From contig CBDATD010000002.1 of NCBI GenBank assembly GCA_965199935.1, forward strand, positions 53,282 to 117,281: a stretch of 64,000 nucleotides of DNA, written 5' to 3'. The notes beneath the pieces were generated by a model that saw only the letters and a list, made by a program, of their open reading frames with translations, did not search any database and was not told the DNA's origin. This stretch comes from Bdellovibrionales bacterium. GTDB taxonomy: Bacteria > Bdellovibrionota > Bdellovibrionia > Bdellovibrionales > UBA1609. The translations under genes were made by a program, and so were the position numbers. This document shows positions 9,229-18,160 of the stretch, one piece after another (position 1 is the stretch's first letter; each line of letters begins with the position of its first letter).

Positions 9229-9927
9229 TCAGGAATATTTCCATTCAAAGATTTTATATTCACTAGGCTCACTACTTTGAATTATTTTAAATTGCATTCC
9301 ATTTGGAACAAAAATAATTTTTTTAAAAATCTTCCTTATATAAAATAATAATTGATCCTCATTGCTTTCAATTTTTTTAAAAATAGGTTTGTTTATATAG
9401 TCTTTGTCCATTTTCATGATGATTGATTCGTAAGCTATTGCAAGCCAATATCCTTCATATTTGCATTTGTTCTTTTTTGATAAAATACTAACTAAGCGAT
9501 CATATATAAATAGTTTTATGTTTTCTGCTTTAGTACCGTCTGAAAAAATTTGGTCATTGAATTTTCGATCAAAGTTTTCAAACACAAAAGTTCTTGAAAA
9601 TTTATCTTTTTCTTTCATATCTTTTTCTCTCTGTTCATCTAAAATTCTAGAAATTTCTATTTTCTGCTCAGTTGCTTCATTAAAGTATAGAATTCCATCA
9701 AAGTGATGATCTAATGTGTGATTTCCAGTCCATTTTACATGAGATGCTTTATAATGTTTTGCTAAGTCTAAAAGAACAGAAGTTTCATCACAAGCCGTTT
9801 GCATTCCTTTTATTTTTGTCAAAGGGTTTTCTTGTTGTATGCTATCTTTGATAAAATTAGAGAGTTCTTTTTCAAAAACAGTCACTGGCAGTTTTTTTTG
9901 AAAAGTTTCATAAAAGCGTTGTACCAT
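9229..9927 (-). CDS. Hypothetical protein, possible PD-(D/E)XK-like fold
   Basis: Clean 232-aa ORF; HFDGILYF...KIEISR resembles a restriction-like nuclease core (weak). Confidence 0.6.
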   Translation of the reverse strand: MVQRFYETFQKKLPVTVFEKELSNFIKDSIQQENPLTKIKGMQTACDETSVLLDLAKHYKASHVKWTGNHTLDHHFDGILYFNEATEQKIEISRILDEQREKDMKEKDKFSRTFVFENFDRKFNDQIFSDGTKAENIKLFIYDRLVSILSKKNKCKYEGYWLAIAYESIIMKMDKDYINKPIFKKIESNEDQLLFYIRKIFKKIIFVPNGMQFKIIQSSEPSEYKIFEWKYS

Positions 9928-10215
9928 TTAATGATATTCTCATATTTATGTTAAAGTTATAATTCAAAAAATCTGTCTAAATTAGTTATCAACGGGGTGA
10001 CAGGTGAAGCTGTCAGGCAAAAACACTCAAAAAAGAAGTCTTTTTATCTTGTAAATCAGGAACTTATCTTACAGTACTCAAAGTGTAATCATAAAAAATG
10101 CCTTATTTGGCAAGTAAGGTAGCTTTTCAAGGTTTCTCTGAGTTCATAATGCAATACATTACTATAGTTGTTAAGGTAATTCTGTAAGTGTATTTTTACA
10201 AATAGGAAGGTCTCT

Positions 10216-10808
10216 ATGAAAGAACCCACTTTTGTTGATCTATTTTCTGGAATTGGCGGCTTTAGATTGGGCATGGAAAAAGCTGGTTTTTAGATGTGTA
10301 TTTTCTGTTGAGATAAACAAACACTGTCAAGAAGTCTATAGAAAGAATTTTAAGGATATTCCTGAAACAGATATAACAAAAATACCCTTATCTAGTATTC
10401 CAAAACATGAAGTATTAACTGCCGGCTTTCCATGTCAATCCTTTAGTATTTGCGGCAAAAGAAAAGGCTTTAAAGATGAAAGAGGGAATTTATTTTTTTC
10501 GCATTTGTGAGATCATTCAATTAAAACAGCCAAAGTTAGTTTTTTTGGAAAATGTCAAATATTTAATTTACCACAACAATGGAGAAACTTTGAGACAGAT
10601 GTTATCCGAATTATGTGAACTTGGTTATTATGTGAATTTTAAAATTTTAAACTCTCTTCATTTTGGAGTACCCCAAAATAGAGAAAGAATCATTATTATA
10701 TCTTCAAATGAATTAAAACAGGATTTGGATGAAGCAATTGAATATTGTTCTAAACGATTACAGAAAATCTATCTGGGAAAAGGATTCTGTAAAAACTTTA
10801 AAATCTGA
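10216..10808 (+). pseudogene. DNA cytosine-5 methyltransferase, frameshifted twice and truncated
   Basis: DLFSGIGG, AGFPCQSFS, FLENVK, PQNRER across three frames; extra T in T5 (10287-91) and T7 (10493-99); no TRD or motifs IX-X. Confidence 0.88.
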
Positions 10809-11031
10809 TAAGAGTTTAAGTATAATTCTTAGTAAAAAATTTAATATAACAATTAGAAGAGCAGATAAAATTACTAAAATACTTTATTCTATAGAGAAAG
10901 GGAATTTTTCTATAGATTCTCTTTCGAAATCCTTACAAGTTTCTTCAAGAAGTATAGAAAAAGATATGCGATTTTTAAAGCAACATGGATTTATTGAATT
11001 TGAAGGTTCTCGTAAATTTGGAAAAATATAA
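10729..11031 (+). pseudogene. Winged-HTH fragment following the MTase remnant
   Basis: SIDSLSKSLQVSSRSIEKDMRFLKQHGFIEFEGSRKFG resembles an HTH_11/DeoR-type C-terminal HTH; no convincing start of its own. Confidence 0.5.
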
Positions 11032-11285
11032 GTTGACTGAAAAATATAGAAAGTTGAAAAAGAAATTATAGGGTATATGATGTTTATTTATAAAAGTTCG
11101 GTATAAATGGCACAATCAGGCTACTGGTGCCATACTGAAACCAGTAGCAGACAGGCCTGGTTTTGTGGCTAAAAATTCTTTACAATAAAAGAGAAAAGGC
11201 CAAAAAATGTGTCAAAAAAAGATCAAAAAATTGATATTTTAGGGTTTTGAAGCTTTATAAAGGGCAACAAACACATAAATTTCAC

Positions 11286-11313
11286 TTGATTTTTCATGAA
11301 ACACGTCGATAAT
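11286..11313 (+). promoter_or_regulatory. Candidate sigma70 promoter for the NYN gene
   Basis: TTGATT-N16-GATAAT just upstream of the hairpin pair. Confidence 0.4.
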
Positions 11314-11320
11314 AAACAAT

Positions 11321-11380
11321 GACATCCCCACTTGTTTCGGTGAGTGGGTGCGAGCAGGCGAGAGCCTGCTTTCGCGTTTT
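11321..11380 (+). ncRNA. Candidate structured leader or small RNA with two tetraloop hairpins
   Basis: CCCACTTGT-TTCG-GTGAGTGGG (9 bp, 3 G.U) and AGCAGGC-GAGA-GCCTGCT, then a T-run. Confidence 0.55.
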
Positions 11381-11387
11381 TAAATCT

Positions 11388-12044
11388 ATGAAAACTTTTA
11401 TTTATATTGATGGTTTCAATCTTTTCTATCGTTTAAAACACACTCCTTTCAAGTGGTTGGATTTAGAAAAATTATCTAAATGTTATTTACACTCCAAACA
11501 GCATGATATAATAAAAATTAAATATTTCACAGCTAGGGTGCAAAGCACATTAAAAGATCCTGTAAAAGATACAAGGCAAGATATGTATTTACGGGTTCTT
11601 AAAACTATACCTAATCTAGAAATTATTTTTGGACAGTTCAAAAAGAGAACAGTCACAGGATTGAAATGCCACTATGAAAACGAACAGTATATAGAAACAG
11701 ATGAGCTTGTAACTATAAAAAAATGGGAAGAAAAAGAGTCAGATGTAAATATCGCCACTTATATTGTTGCCGATGCATCTCAATATGATTGTGCTATTCT
11801 AATATCAAATGATACAGACTTAAAAACTCCTTTGAAATATGTTAAAGACAATCTTAAAAAAACAGTTGGAATTATCAGTCCTAGAAAAAAGATTCCTAGA
11901 GAGCTAAAAAATAACAGTCACTTTCAAAAAAGGATTTCCAATAAAATTTTAGAGCAGTGCCAGTTTTCTGAGAAAATGAAGGATGCTAGGGGAGAGTTTT
12001 TCTGTCCGCCTAAATGGAGACAAGAACTAAAAAAAACCTTCTAA
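11388..12044 (+). CDS. NYN domain (LabA/DUF88, PIN-like) ribonuclease
   Basis: YIDGFNLFY, EEKESDVNIA, ILISNDTDL acidic tetrad pattern. Confidence 0.88.
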   Translation: MKTFIYIDGFNLFYRLKHTPFKWLDLEKLSKCYLHSKQHDIIKIKYFTARVQSTLKDPVKDTRQDMYLRVLKTIPNLEIIFGQFKKRTVTGLKCHYENEQYIETDELVTIKKWEEKESDVNIATYIVADASQYDCAILISNDTDLKTPLKYVKDNLKKTVGIISPRKKIPRELKNNSHFQKRISNKILEQCQFSEKMKDARGEFFCPPKWRQELKKTF

Positions 12045-12209
12045 GTGAGAATTTTTGCAGTAAGGGGTGGCGTTTACTCTGCCATTTTACAGAATTTTTT
12101 GCGTGATTTTCCAGTAAGTAGAGGTTATCAGCAGTTACAGGCGGGATGAAAGGCGGCTGTTTTGTTGAGTTTTTGAGGTTATTTAAGGCTTTCAAAACCA
12201 CATCTTCTA

Positions 12210-12256
12210 TCCCGTCCACCCCGCCGCTTTATAAAAAAATCAGAGGGCTGTAAGTC
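12210..12256 (+). repeat. att-like 47-bp direct repeat of the tRNA-Asp 3' end plus the left half of its terminator
   Basis: Matches 6577-6623 with 2 mismatches (GC vs AT at 12226-27). Confidence 0.9.
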
Positions 12257-12285
12257 GGTCTGTACTAAAGACATAGCTGAAAAAC

Positions 12286-12420
12286 ATCTTCTTTTTGTCA
12301 GGCCCTGGAGGAGTTGGAAAAAGTTACTGGCTTAAATATCATTTTCCCAAGGCTAAAGTGATTGATTTACTAGATGAAGCTCTTTATCAAAGTTATTTGG
12401 AAGATATTTCTCTTTTTATA
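12286..12420 (+). pseudogene. N-terminal fragment of an AAA_14-type ATP-binding protein
   Basis: SFFLSGPGGVGKS...IDLLDE..Y..YL parallels SFFLFGARGTGKT...IDLL of the 18152 gene; degenerates after about 45 codons. Confidence 0.6.
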
Positions 12421-12535
12421 AGGAGCTTAAAACCCTGCAGACTTATTCACACAGCCTTTCGCAGGGGCGGCGGCTCTGCCAAGCGAAACAGCTGAGACTT
12501 CAGAAAATTGAGTAAAAAACCGAACAGCACAGTGT

Positions 12536-13027
12536 ATGAAAAAACTGCTTTTTACAGCTGGACTGTTGAGTGTGCATTTTGCTTTCTCCAACACCATTCA
12601 GAAAAAAAATCTACTCGAAAATAAGGCGTTAAAGGTCAGCCGGCCCTCCCAAGATGTGTTGGAAGTGGTGGAAGAAGTAACAAACAATAAACAGCCTGCT
12701 GAAAATGAGACACAGGTGAGCCTTCAATTGATGGAAACTAAAAAAATAGAAAATATTGAGGATGTTGAAACCCGGCGATTGGCTCAAACCCCTGAACCTG
12801 CCCCATCTGAACCGGCAAAGAAGCTTTCTCAAGAGAAGAAACCAGCCGGCGATTTAAAGTCTTTAGTGCATGAATCCCTCTTTGAAAAACTCAGAATCAG
12901 AAGAGACCTGGATGTCTTTAATGAAGATCAGGAACACTCATCTTTGAAAGATGAAGAAACAGAGGTGCAAGAGGATTTTGGTAATGTTGAAGTTCACTGG
13001 AAACATCAGAAAGTGGATCAAAAATGA
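12536..13027 (+). CDS. Hypothetical secreted acidic protein
   Basis: Signal peptide MKKLLFTAGLLSVHFAFS. Confidence 0.65.
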   Translation: MKKLLFTAGLLSVHFAFSNTIQKKNLLENKALKVSRPSQDVLEVVEEVTNNKQPAENETQVSLQLMETKKIENIEDVETRRLAQTPEPAPSEPAKKLSQEKKPAGDLKSLVHESLFEKLRIRRDLDVFNEDQEHSSLKDEETEVQEDFGNVEVHWKHQKVDQK

Positions 13028-13116
13028 TCTCATGTGACCAAAACTGGACATTTTGAACCGATTATAGGGCTTTTTACTGCTTTAAAGATGTCATAAAAGT
13101 TGCATACCCTTCAAGT

Positions 13117-14535
13117 ATGAGAATTATTTCTTTTGCTAAAGAAGGGTACCGTATGACTCCCTGCGAGATTGAAGTCTCCCTGACTTCAGGACTGCCAAAG
13201 GTGGATATTATTGGTTTGGCAGACCCATCTATTAAGGAATGTATTTCACGCATTAAAACAGCCTTTCATGCTCAACAATTTAAGTGGCCAAACAAAAAAC
13301 AAATTACAATCAATTTACGTCCAGCCTACATTAAGAAAACCAGTCAGGGGTTGGATTTGGCAATCGCCTGTGCTTTGCTTTGGAAAACACAACAGATTGA
13401 ACCCCCTATTTCTATGAGAGAGGATCAATTTATCTACGGAGAAGTGACTTTGGACGGGCAGGTGGAAGCTCCCCCCGATTGGGTTCAAATCGACAAACAT
13501 CCTCTGCTTACCGGAAGAATCACAGACGAAGAATTTTTCAATGATCTATATACTGTAGAAAATTTAAAAGAACTGTCCAACCCTCAATTTGTAGAGTCCA
13601 AGCCTTTATCACATTGGATAAAAAGACCTGATCTTCCAGCTATTCAATTTTCAGAAAATTCAGCTTTTTTGTTAGCTGTGGCTTCCAGCGGTGAACATTC
13701 TATTCTGCTGGGAGGAGAGGCGGGTTCCGGCAAAACAACTTTGGCTGTACATATTCCGTATTTGCTTGGAAGCCCTAACGAAGAGGATTTTAAAAAAGCT
13801 AAAAAAATCTCTAAGTATTTTGGGAGCAACTTAAATTGGAGGCCTTTTATTTCTCCTCATCACAGCACTCCTCCGCTGTCGATGATTGGAGGAGGGTCTC
13901 CTCCTTTCATGGGGGAAATCTCAAAAGCGCATTCAGGGGTGTTGTTTTTGGATGAGTATCTGGAGTTTCAATACAAGGTGCAGGAATCTTTAAGAGAACC
14001 CATAGAAAAGGGAGAAATATGTATTTCCAGAAAGGGAGAAGGAGTGTTTTTTCCTGCTCGGTTTATGCTGGCGGCGGCGACCAACTTATGCCCCTGCGGT
14101 TCGTATGTTCCCGGAGAAAACTTTTCATGCTCTTATTCTCTGAGAAAATGCAGATCTTGCTTGGACCGCCTGAGCGGACCTATGCTGGACCGCTTTGACA
14201 TACTGGCTCTTTCTTCTTTTTGGAAAGGACCTCTAAAGGTTTCCTTGGAAAGCATTAGAGAGCGAGTGGATCAAGCAGTTTCCATGAGAAAAAAAAGACA
14301 CCAAACAAAAGTTAATGGGTTTTTAAGCTGGAATGAACTCAAAAATCAAATCGACCCTTTTATTTTAAATAATATACTTCCCTCTTCAGTTTCCTCTTAT
14401 AGACGTAAAATTGCAGTTCTTCGTGTGGCTAGAACGATGGCAGACCTGGAAGAGAGAGAAGAGGTCATCCCTCAGGATATTGAAAAATCTATTTCACTGT
14501 CTCTAAAGCCTTTTGATCAACTCAGATTTTGTTAA
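13117..14535 (+). CDS. comM: YifB/ComM Mg-chelatase-like AAA+ ATPase
   Basis: ITINLRPA.IKK...GLDLAIA, GEAGSGKT, PFISPHHS, GEISKAHSGVLFLDE, LSGPMLDRFD. Confidence 0.92.
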   Translation: MRIISFAKEGYRMTPCEIEVSLTSGLPKVDIIGLADPSIKECISRIKTAFHAQQFKWPNKKQITINLRPAYIKKTSQGLDLAIACALLWKTQQIEPPISMREDQFIYGEVTLDGQVEAPPDWVQIDKHPLLTGRITDEEFFNDLYTVENLKELSNPQFVESKPLSHWIKRPDLPAIQFSENSAFLLAVASSGEHSILLGGEAGSGKTTLAVHIPYLLGSPNEEDFKKAKKISKYFGSNLNWRPFISPHHSTPPLSMIGGGSPPFMGEISKAHSGVLFLDEYLEFQYKVQESLREPIEKGEICISRKGEGVFFPARFMLAAATNLCPCGSYVPGENFSCSYSLRKCRSCLDRLSGPMLDRFDILALSSFWKGPLKVSLESIRERVDQAVSMRKKRHQTKVNGFLSWNELKNQIDPFILNNILPSSVSSYRRKIAVLRVARTMADLEEREEVIPQDIEKSISLSLKPFDQLRFC

Positions 14536-14573
14536 GGGTGTGTTCAAATATTTTTTTAATGTGCAAAGGGTAA

Positions 14574-15446
14574 ATGCTGGTTCTTTTTAATATTTTGATG
14601 TTTGTGAATATCTTTAGTATGGACTTATTGCTTCCTTTGTCCGAGCATTTGAATTCTTGGTGCCTTCAACGTGTCTATCAAAGCTATCCAGCTCAAGCAG
14701 ATATTTACCTGGCTTTGTTGTGCGGGAAAAGACTGCCTGCTGGAGAGTTAAGAAATGTATTTTCTCAGGTGGGATTGATTCACCTTATGGTGGTGTCTGG
14801 GGCTCATTTGATTTTTTTGGAAAAAATGTGGACTCGCCTTACTTGCTGGCCTTTTAAAAATTTGTTGATTATGTTGAGTTTAATTCTCTACACCTTGATG
14901 GCGGGGCTGCATCCTCCTGTCTTTCGGGCTTTGATGTCTTTTTTTATTTATCGTTTTTCAAATATGTTTCAGCTTTTTTGGAGTTCTTACTGGAGAATTA
15001 TGTTGAGCGGAATTTTAAGTTTGATGTTTCATCCAGGATGGATATCATCCATAAGCCTTCAAATGAGCCTGATTGGAGCTTTAGGTTTTGCCTCTTCCCG
15101 CTATTCAAAATTTCTTTCTTGTGTTCTTTGCTACCTCCTGCTCCTGCCTGTCCTGAGCCAGTGGACTTCTCTTCATCCTTTGACTGCCGGGGTGAATTGG
15201 ATTTTTTACCCTGTTATCTCTATCACTTTATTTCCTCTGTCTGTATTCAGTTTTATTTTTCCCTTCTGCTACTTGATCACTTCTTACCTCTGGCTCAAGT
15301 TGATTCAATTTTTAAAACTGCTGCAGCCTTTTCTGGAACAAACTCCTTTTTATATTTATCCTATAGAAGGGCATTGGATTTGGCTTTATATCGGCCTTAT
15401 ATTTTTAGTCAGCCAGGGGGTGTTGATTTGCCGGCGAAAAAATTGA
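14574..15446 (+). CDS. comEC: ComEC/Rec2 membrane (Competence) domain, N-terminal part
   Basis: GLIHLMVVSGAHL, PPVFRA, SLQMS motifs; multi-TM. Confidence 0.85.
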   Translation: MLVLFNILMFVNIFSMDLLLPLSEHLNSWCLQRVYQSYPAQADIYLALLCGKRLPAGELRNVFSQVGLIHLMVVSGAHLIFLEKMWTRLTCWPFKNLLIMLSLILYTLMAGLHPPVFRALMSFFIYRFSNMFQLFWSSYWRIMLSGILSLMFHPGWISSISLQMSLIGALGFASSRYSKFLSCVLCYLLLLPVLSQWTSLHPLTAGVNWIFYPVISITLFPLSVFSFIFPFCYLITSYLWLKLIQFLKLLQPFLEQTPFYIYPIEGHWIWLYIGLIFLVSQGVLICRRKN

Positions 15447-16219
15447 AATTATTTTTATTTGCCCCTGTTCTATTTTTATTTTTATCTTTTTTATTTTATG
15501 AAAAGGAGAAGTTTAAAGAGGATCAGTTGGTGGTATGGAATACCGGGCAGGGGCAAATGGTGACGTATTTGTCAGACTCGCACTGCCATCACTTTGATAT
15601 GGGAGGGGAAAAATTTCCTAAAAAGAAAATTTTTAAATTGTGCCGGCACCGGAAAAACAAAGTTTACTATACCCATTGGGATTGGGATCATATTAACTTT
15701 TCCCTTAAGGCCAAGCGTATTTTTCCCTCCCTCTGCCGAGTGGAGCTGCCTCGGCAGGTGCTTCCCCGCAGTCATATAAAACGGAAAATGATTCAAAGAA
15801 TTCCTCTTTGCGCAGTTCAAAGGCATCCGAGCATTAAGGATCTGATTTGGCCGGATTCTGTCCGCCCTAAAAATTCCAATGAGTCCAGCCGTATTTTTAT
15901 TATTAAAAATAAAGTTCTGATTCCAGGGGACTCCAATGATCGGATGGAAAAATATTGGAGTCCTCTCATTAAAGATCCTATTCAAGTTTTGGTTGCCGGC
16001 CACCACGGAAGCCGGTCCTCCACTTCAAATACACTGCTTAAGAATCTTCCTCAACTGAGTTTAGCTGCGGTCAGCGCGCGTAAAAAACGTTATGGGCATC
16101 CTCACTCTCAAACCATCCGAAGGCTCAGAAAAAGAGGGGTGCCTTTGCTCAGTACTGAAGATTTTAATCATATTCGTATTTCTTTAGGGAAGGGCAGGCC
16201 GGTTGTCCGCTCTTTTTAA
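15428..16219 (+). CDS. ComEC C-terminal metallo-beta-lactamase domain (separate ORF or frameshifted continuation)
   Basis: WNTGQGQ, FDMGG, THWDWDH, IPGD, GHHGS.SST, YGHPH; start uncertain. Confidence 0.8.
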   Translation: MPAKKLKLFLFAPVLFLFLSFLFYEKEKFKEDQLVVWNTGQGQMVTYLSDSHCHHFDMGGEKFPKKKIFKLCRHRKNKVYYTHWDWDHINFSLKAKRIFPSLCRVELPRQVLPRSHIKRKMIQRIPLCAVQRHPSIKDLIWPDSVRPKNSNESSRIFIIKNKVLIPGDSNDRMEKYWSPLIKDPIQVLVAGHHGSRSSTSNTLLKNLPQLSLAAVSARKKRYGHPHSQTIRRLRKRGVPLLSTEDFNHIRISLGKGRPVVRSF

Positions 16220-16312
16220 TTTTTCCAAGATATGCTGCATGAGCGTATTTGTATCACTTCACTTGATCTGGAATTTCTTACAAAAGAAGAGTTTCGATAC
16301 AATGCGAGATGC

Positions 16313-17266
16313 TCAGTTTTTAATATAGGCTTTTCCAGATTCTGTTAAAACTCTGCCCTTTGGACCTCTTTGTATAAAACCCTGCTGAACCAAAAATGGT
16401 TCATAGACGTCTTCTATGGTTCCTGTTTCTTCGTTGAGCGATGATGCTAGAGCATCAATCCCCACGGGGCCTGAGTTAAATTCTTTCTGCATAAGCTGAA
16501 GAATTTTTTTATCCATATAGGTCAGGCCTTTTTCATCAATCCCCAGATGGGTAAGTCCTTCATTTACTATTTGCTGATTGAGGGTTTTATAATTTTTGAC
16601 TTCCATATAATCACGGATTCTTTTTAAAAGGCGGTTGGCGGTGCGGGGAGTGCCTCTGGATCTTTTTGCAATTTCCAAAGATCCATTTTCATCAATGTTT
16701 ACATGAAGCAGCTGCGAAGACCTTTTGATAATGTTTTTTAAAGAAGGTTCGTCATAATAAGATAGACGTTCGATAATGCCAAAGCGGTCTCTAAAAGGAG
16801 CCTTTAATAATCCTATCCTGGTGGTGGCTCCAATAAGAGTAAAAGGAGGGAGTTTGAAACGCACACTTTTTGCTCCCAGACCCTCTCCGGTCATCACGTC
16901 AATATAAAAATCTTCCATAGCTGTATAAAGGTATTCTTCAACGTCTTTGAGCAGGCGGTGAATTTCATCAATAAAAAGAACAGCCCCCTTTTGAATCGTT
17001 GTGATGAGAGCGGCCAGATCTCCTTTTCTGCGAATAGCGGGACCCGTTGTGGAGCGAAAACCCACACCTTGTTCATGAGCAATTATTTGAGCTAAAGTGG
17101 TTTTGCCCAGCCCCGGCGGCCCTGAAAAAAGACAGTGGTCTAAAGGCTCTCCTCTTTTTTTAGAAGCTTTTAAGAAAATTTCCAATCTTTCTTTAATTTT
17201 TTCCTGCCCTGGAAAACTTTTAAAATCCAAAGGGCGAAGTGTTTCTTTTTTATTATCTAACGTCAA
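16313..17266 (-). CDS. ruvB: Holliday junction branch migration helicase RuvB
   Basis: LRP, GPPGLGKTTLA, FIDEIHRL, PPFTLIGATTR, SRGTPR.ANRLL, YEPFL. Confidence 0.97.
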   Translation of the reverse strand: MTLDNKKETLRPLDFKSFPGQEKIKERLEIFLKASKKRGEPLDHCLFSGPPGLGKTTLAQIIAHEQGVGFRSTTGPAIRRKGDLAALITTIQKGAVLFIDEIHRLLKDVEEYLYTAMEDFYIDVMTGEGLGAKSVRFKLPPFTLIGATTRIGLLKAPFRDRFGIIERLSYYDEPSLKNIIKRSSQLLHVNIDENGSLEIAKRSRGTPRTANRLLKRIRDYMEVKNYKTLNQQIVNEGLTHLGIDEKGLTYMDKKILQLMQKEFNSGPVGIDALASSLNEETGTIEDVYEPFLVQQGFIQRGPKGRVLTESGKAYIKN

Positions 17267-17277
17267 TTCAAATCACC

Positions 17278-17844
17278 TTATAAATGCTGCAAAAGAGAGA
17301 GAGCCTGCCGAAGACCCTCTTTGGTTCCTTGTTTGGTATCAATTTTATCCAACACAGGACTCACTTCAACAGATCTAAAACCTAATCTTAAGAGTGCTGT
17401 GGAAATTTCATTTTTTGTTTGTTGACTTACAGAATCCTGCATGGGCTTTCTTATGGAAGGCCATTTGCCTTTTAAGGAGAGGATCATTTGCCCGGCTGTT
17501 TTTTTCCCAATTTTTGGCAATTGGCAGAGTGCTGTGATGTCTTCAGATTCTATTTGTTCCATCAGTTGGGTGTAGGGGAGGGAAGATAAGATGCCTAAGG
17601 CTGACTTAGGCCCCACCCCGTTAATTCCAATCAGAGAAACAAAAACTTCTTTTTCCTTTTCGTCTAAAAAGCCGTAGAGAGAGAAAGTGTCTTCTCGGAC
17701 GTGGGTGTAGATCCACAGTTCAATGTATTCACCTGTTTGAGGGTTTGCTGGAGTGAAAATTTCATAGCCTACGTTTTGCACATCCAAGATCAACCGGCCT
17801 CCCGGATAAGCGCTTATGACAGTGCCTTTTAGATAAGCCAGCAT
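17278..17844 (-). CDS. ruvA: Holliday junction DNA-binding protein RuvA
   Basis: MLAYLKG, VGYE, HVRED...LYGF, GVGPKSAL, PKIGKKTA, ALLRLGF. Confidence 0.96.
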   Translation of the reverse strand: MLAYLKGTVISAYPGGRLILDVQNVGYEIFTPANPQTGEYIELWIYTHVREDTFSLYGFLDEKEKEVFVSLIGINGVGPKSALGILSSLPYTQLMEQIESEDITALCQLPKIGKKTAGQMILSLKGKWPSIRKPMQDSVSQQTKNEISTALLRLGFRSVEVSPVLDKIDTKQGTKEGLRQALSLLQHL

Positions 17845-18124
17845 GGTTCGCCTCTGTGGATTTGTTGTACAGAGAAGATCATTTTAAAGCGGCTTTTGTT
17901 TTTGAATTTGATTCATAACGCCTTCAATAGTCTATCACTTAATTATACTTTCCATCATTTTTCTGTTGAGTTATTTATGTTAAGCCAGACTAAAGAAAGC
18001 CGGGCCGCTGTTGAAAAAAAAGAAATATTATATTGGACCCTTTGGAAATGTAGTTTTTTTATGGACTCAGCTGGCAAAAAAAGCAGTAAGATGTTGAAAA
18101 TCTTTTAATAAATCTGGACAATAC

Positions 18125-18160
18125 TCCGAAAATATCGGATAATTTCGGATTATGATCCGA
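18125..18160. promoter_or_regulatory. Helically phased TCCGA/TCGGA repeats overlapping the ATPase start codon
   Basis: TCCGA 18125, TCGGA 18135, TCGGA 18145, TCCGA 18156. Confidence 0.45.

Larger units (their letters stand above)
9051..12256. mobile_element. tRNA-Asp-linked islet 2, no integrase
   Basis: Bounded by two tRNA-Asp 3' copies; same 14-mer TTTTGCGTGATTTT near both ends; AT-rich cargo. Confidence 0.6.

Noticed and set aside
11120-11148. Hairpin GCTACTGGT-N11-ACCAGTAGC
   Set aside because: Isolated stem with a large loop and no U-tract; possibly a terminator for the MTase remnant but unsupported
14978-15427. N-terminal 150 aa of the 413-aa ORF
   Set aside because: Overlaps the ComEC membrane domain in another frame; only the part from about 15428 has MBL motifs
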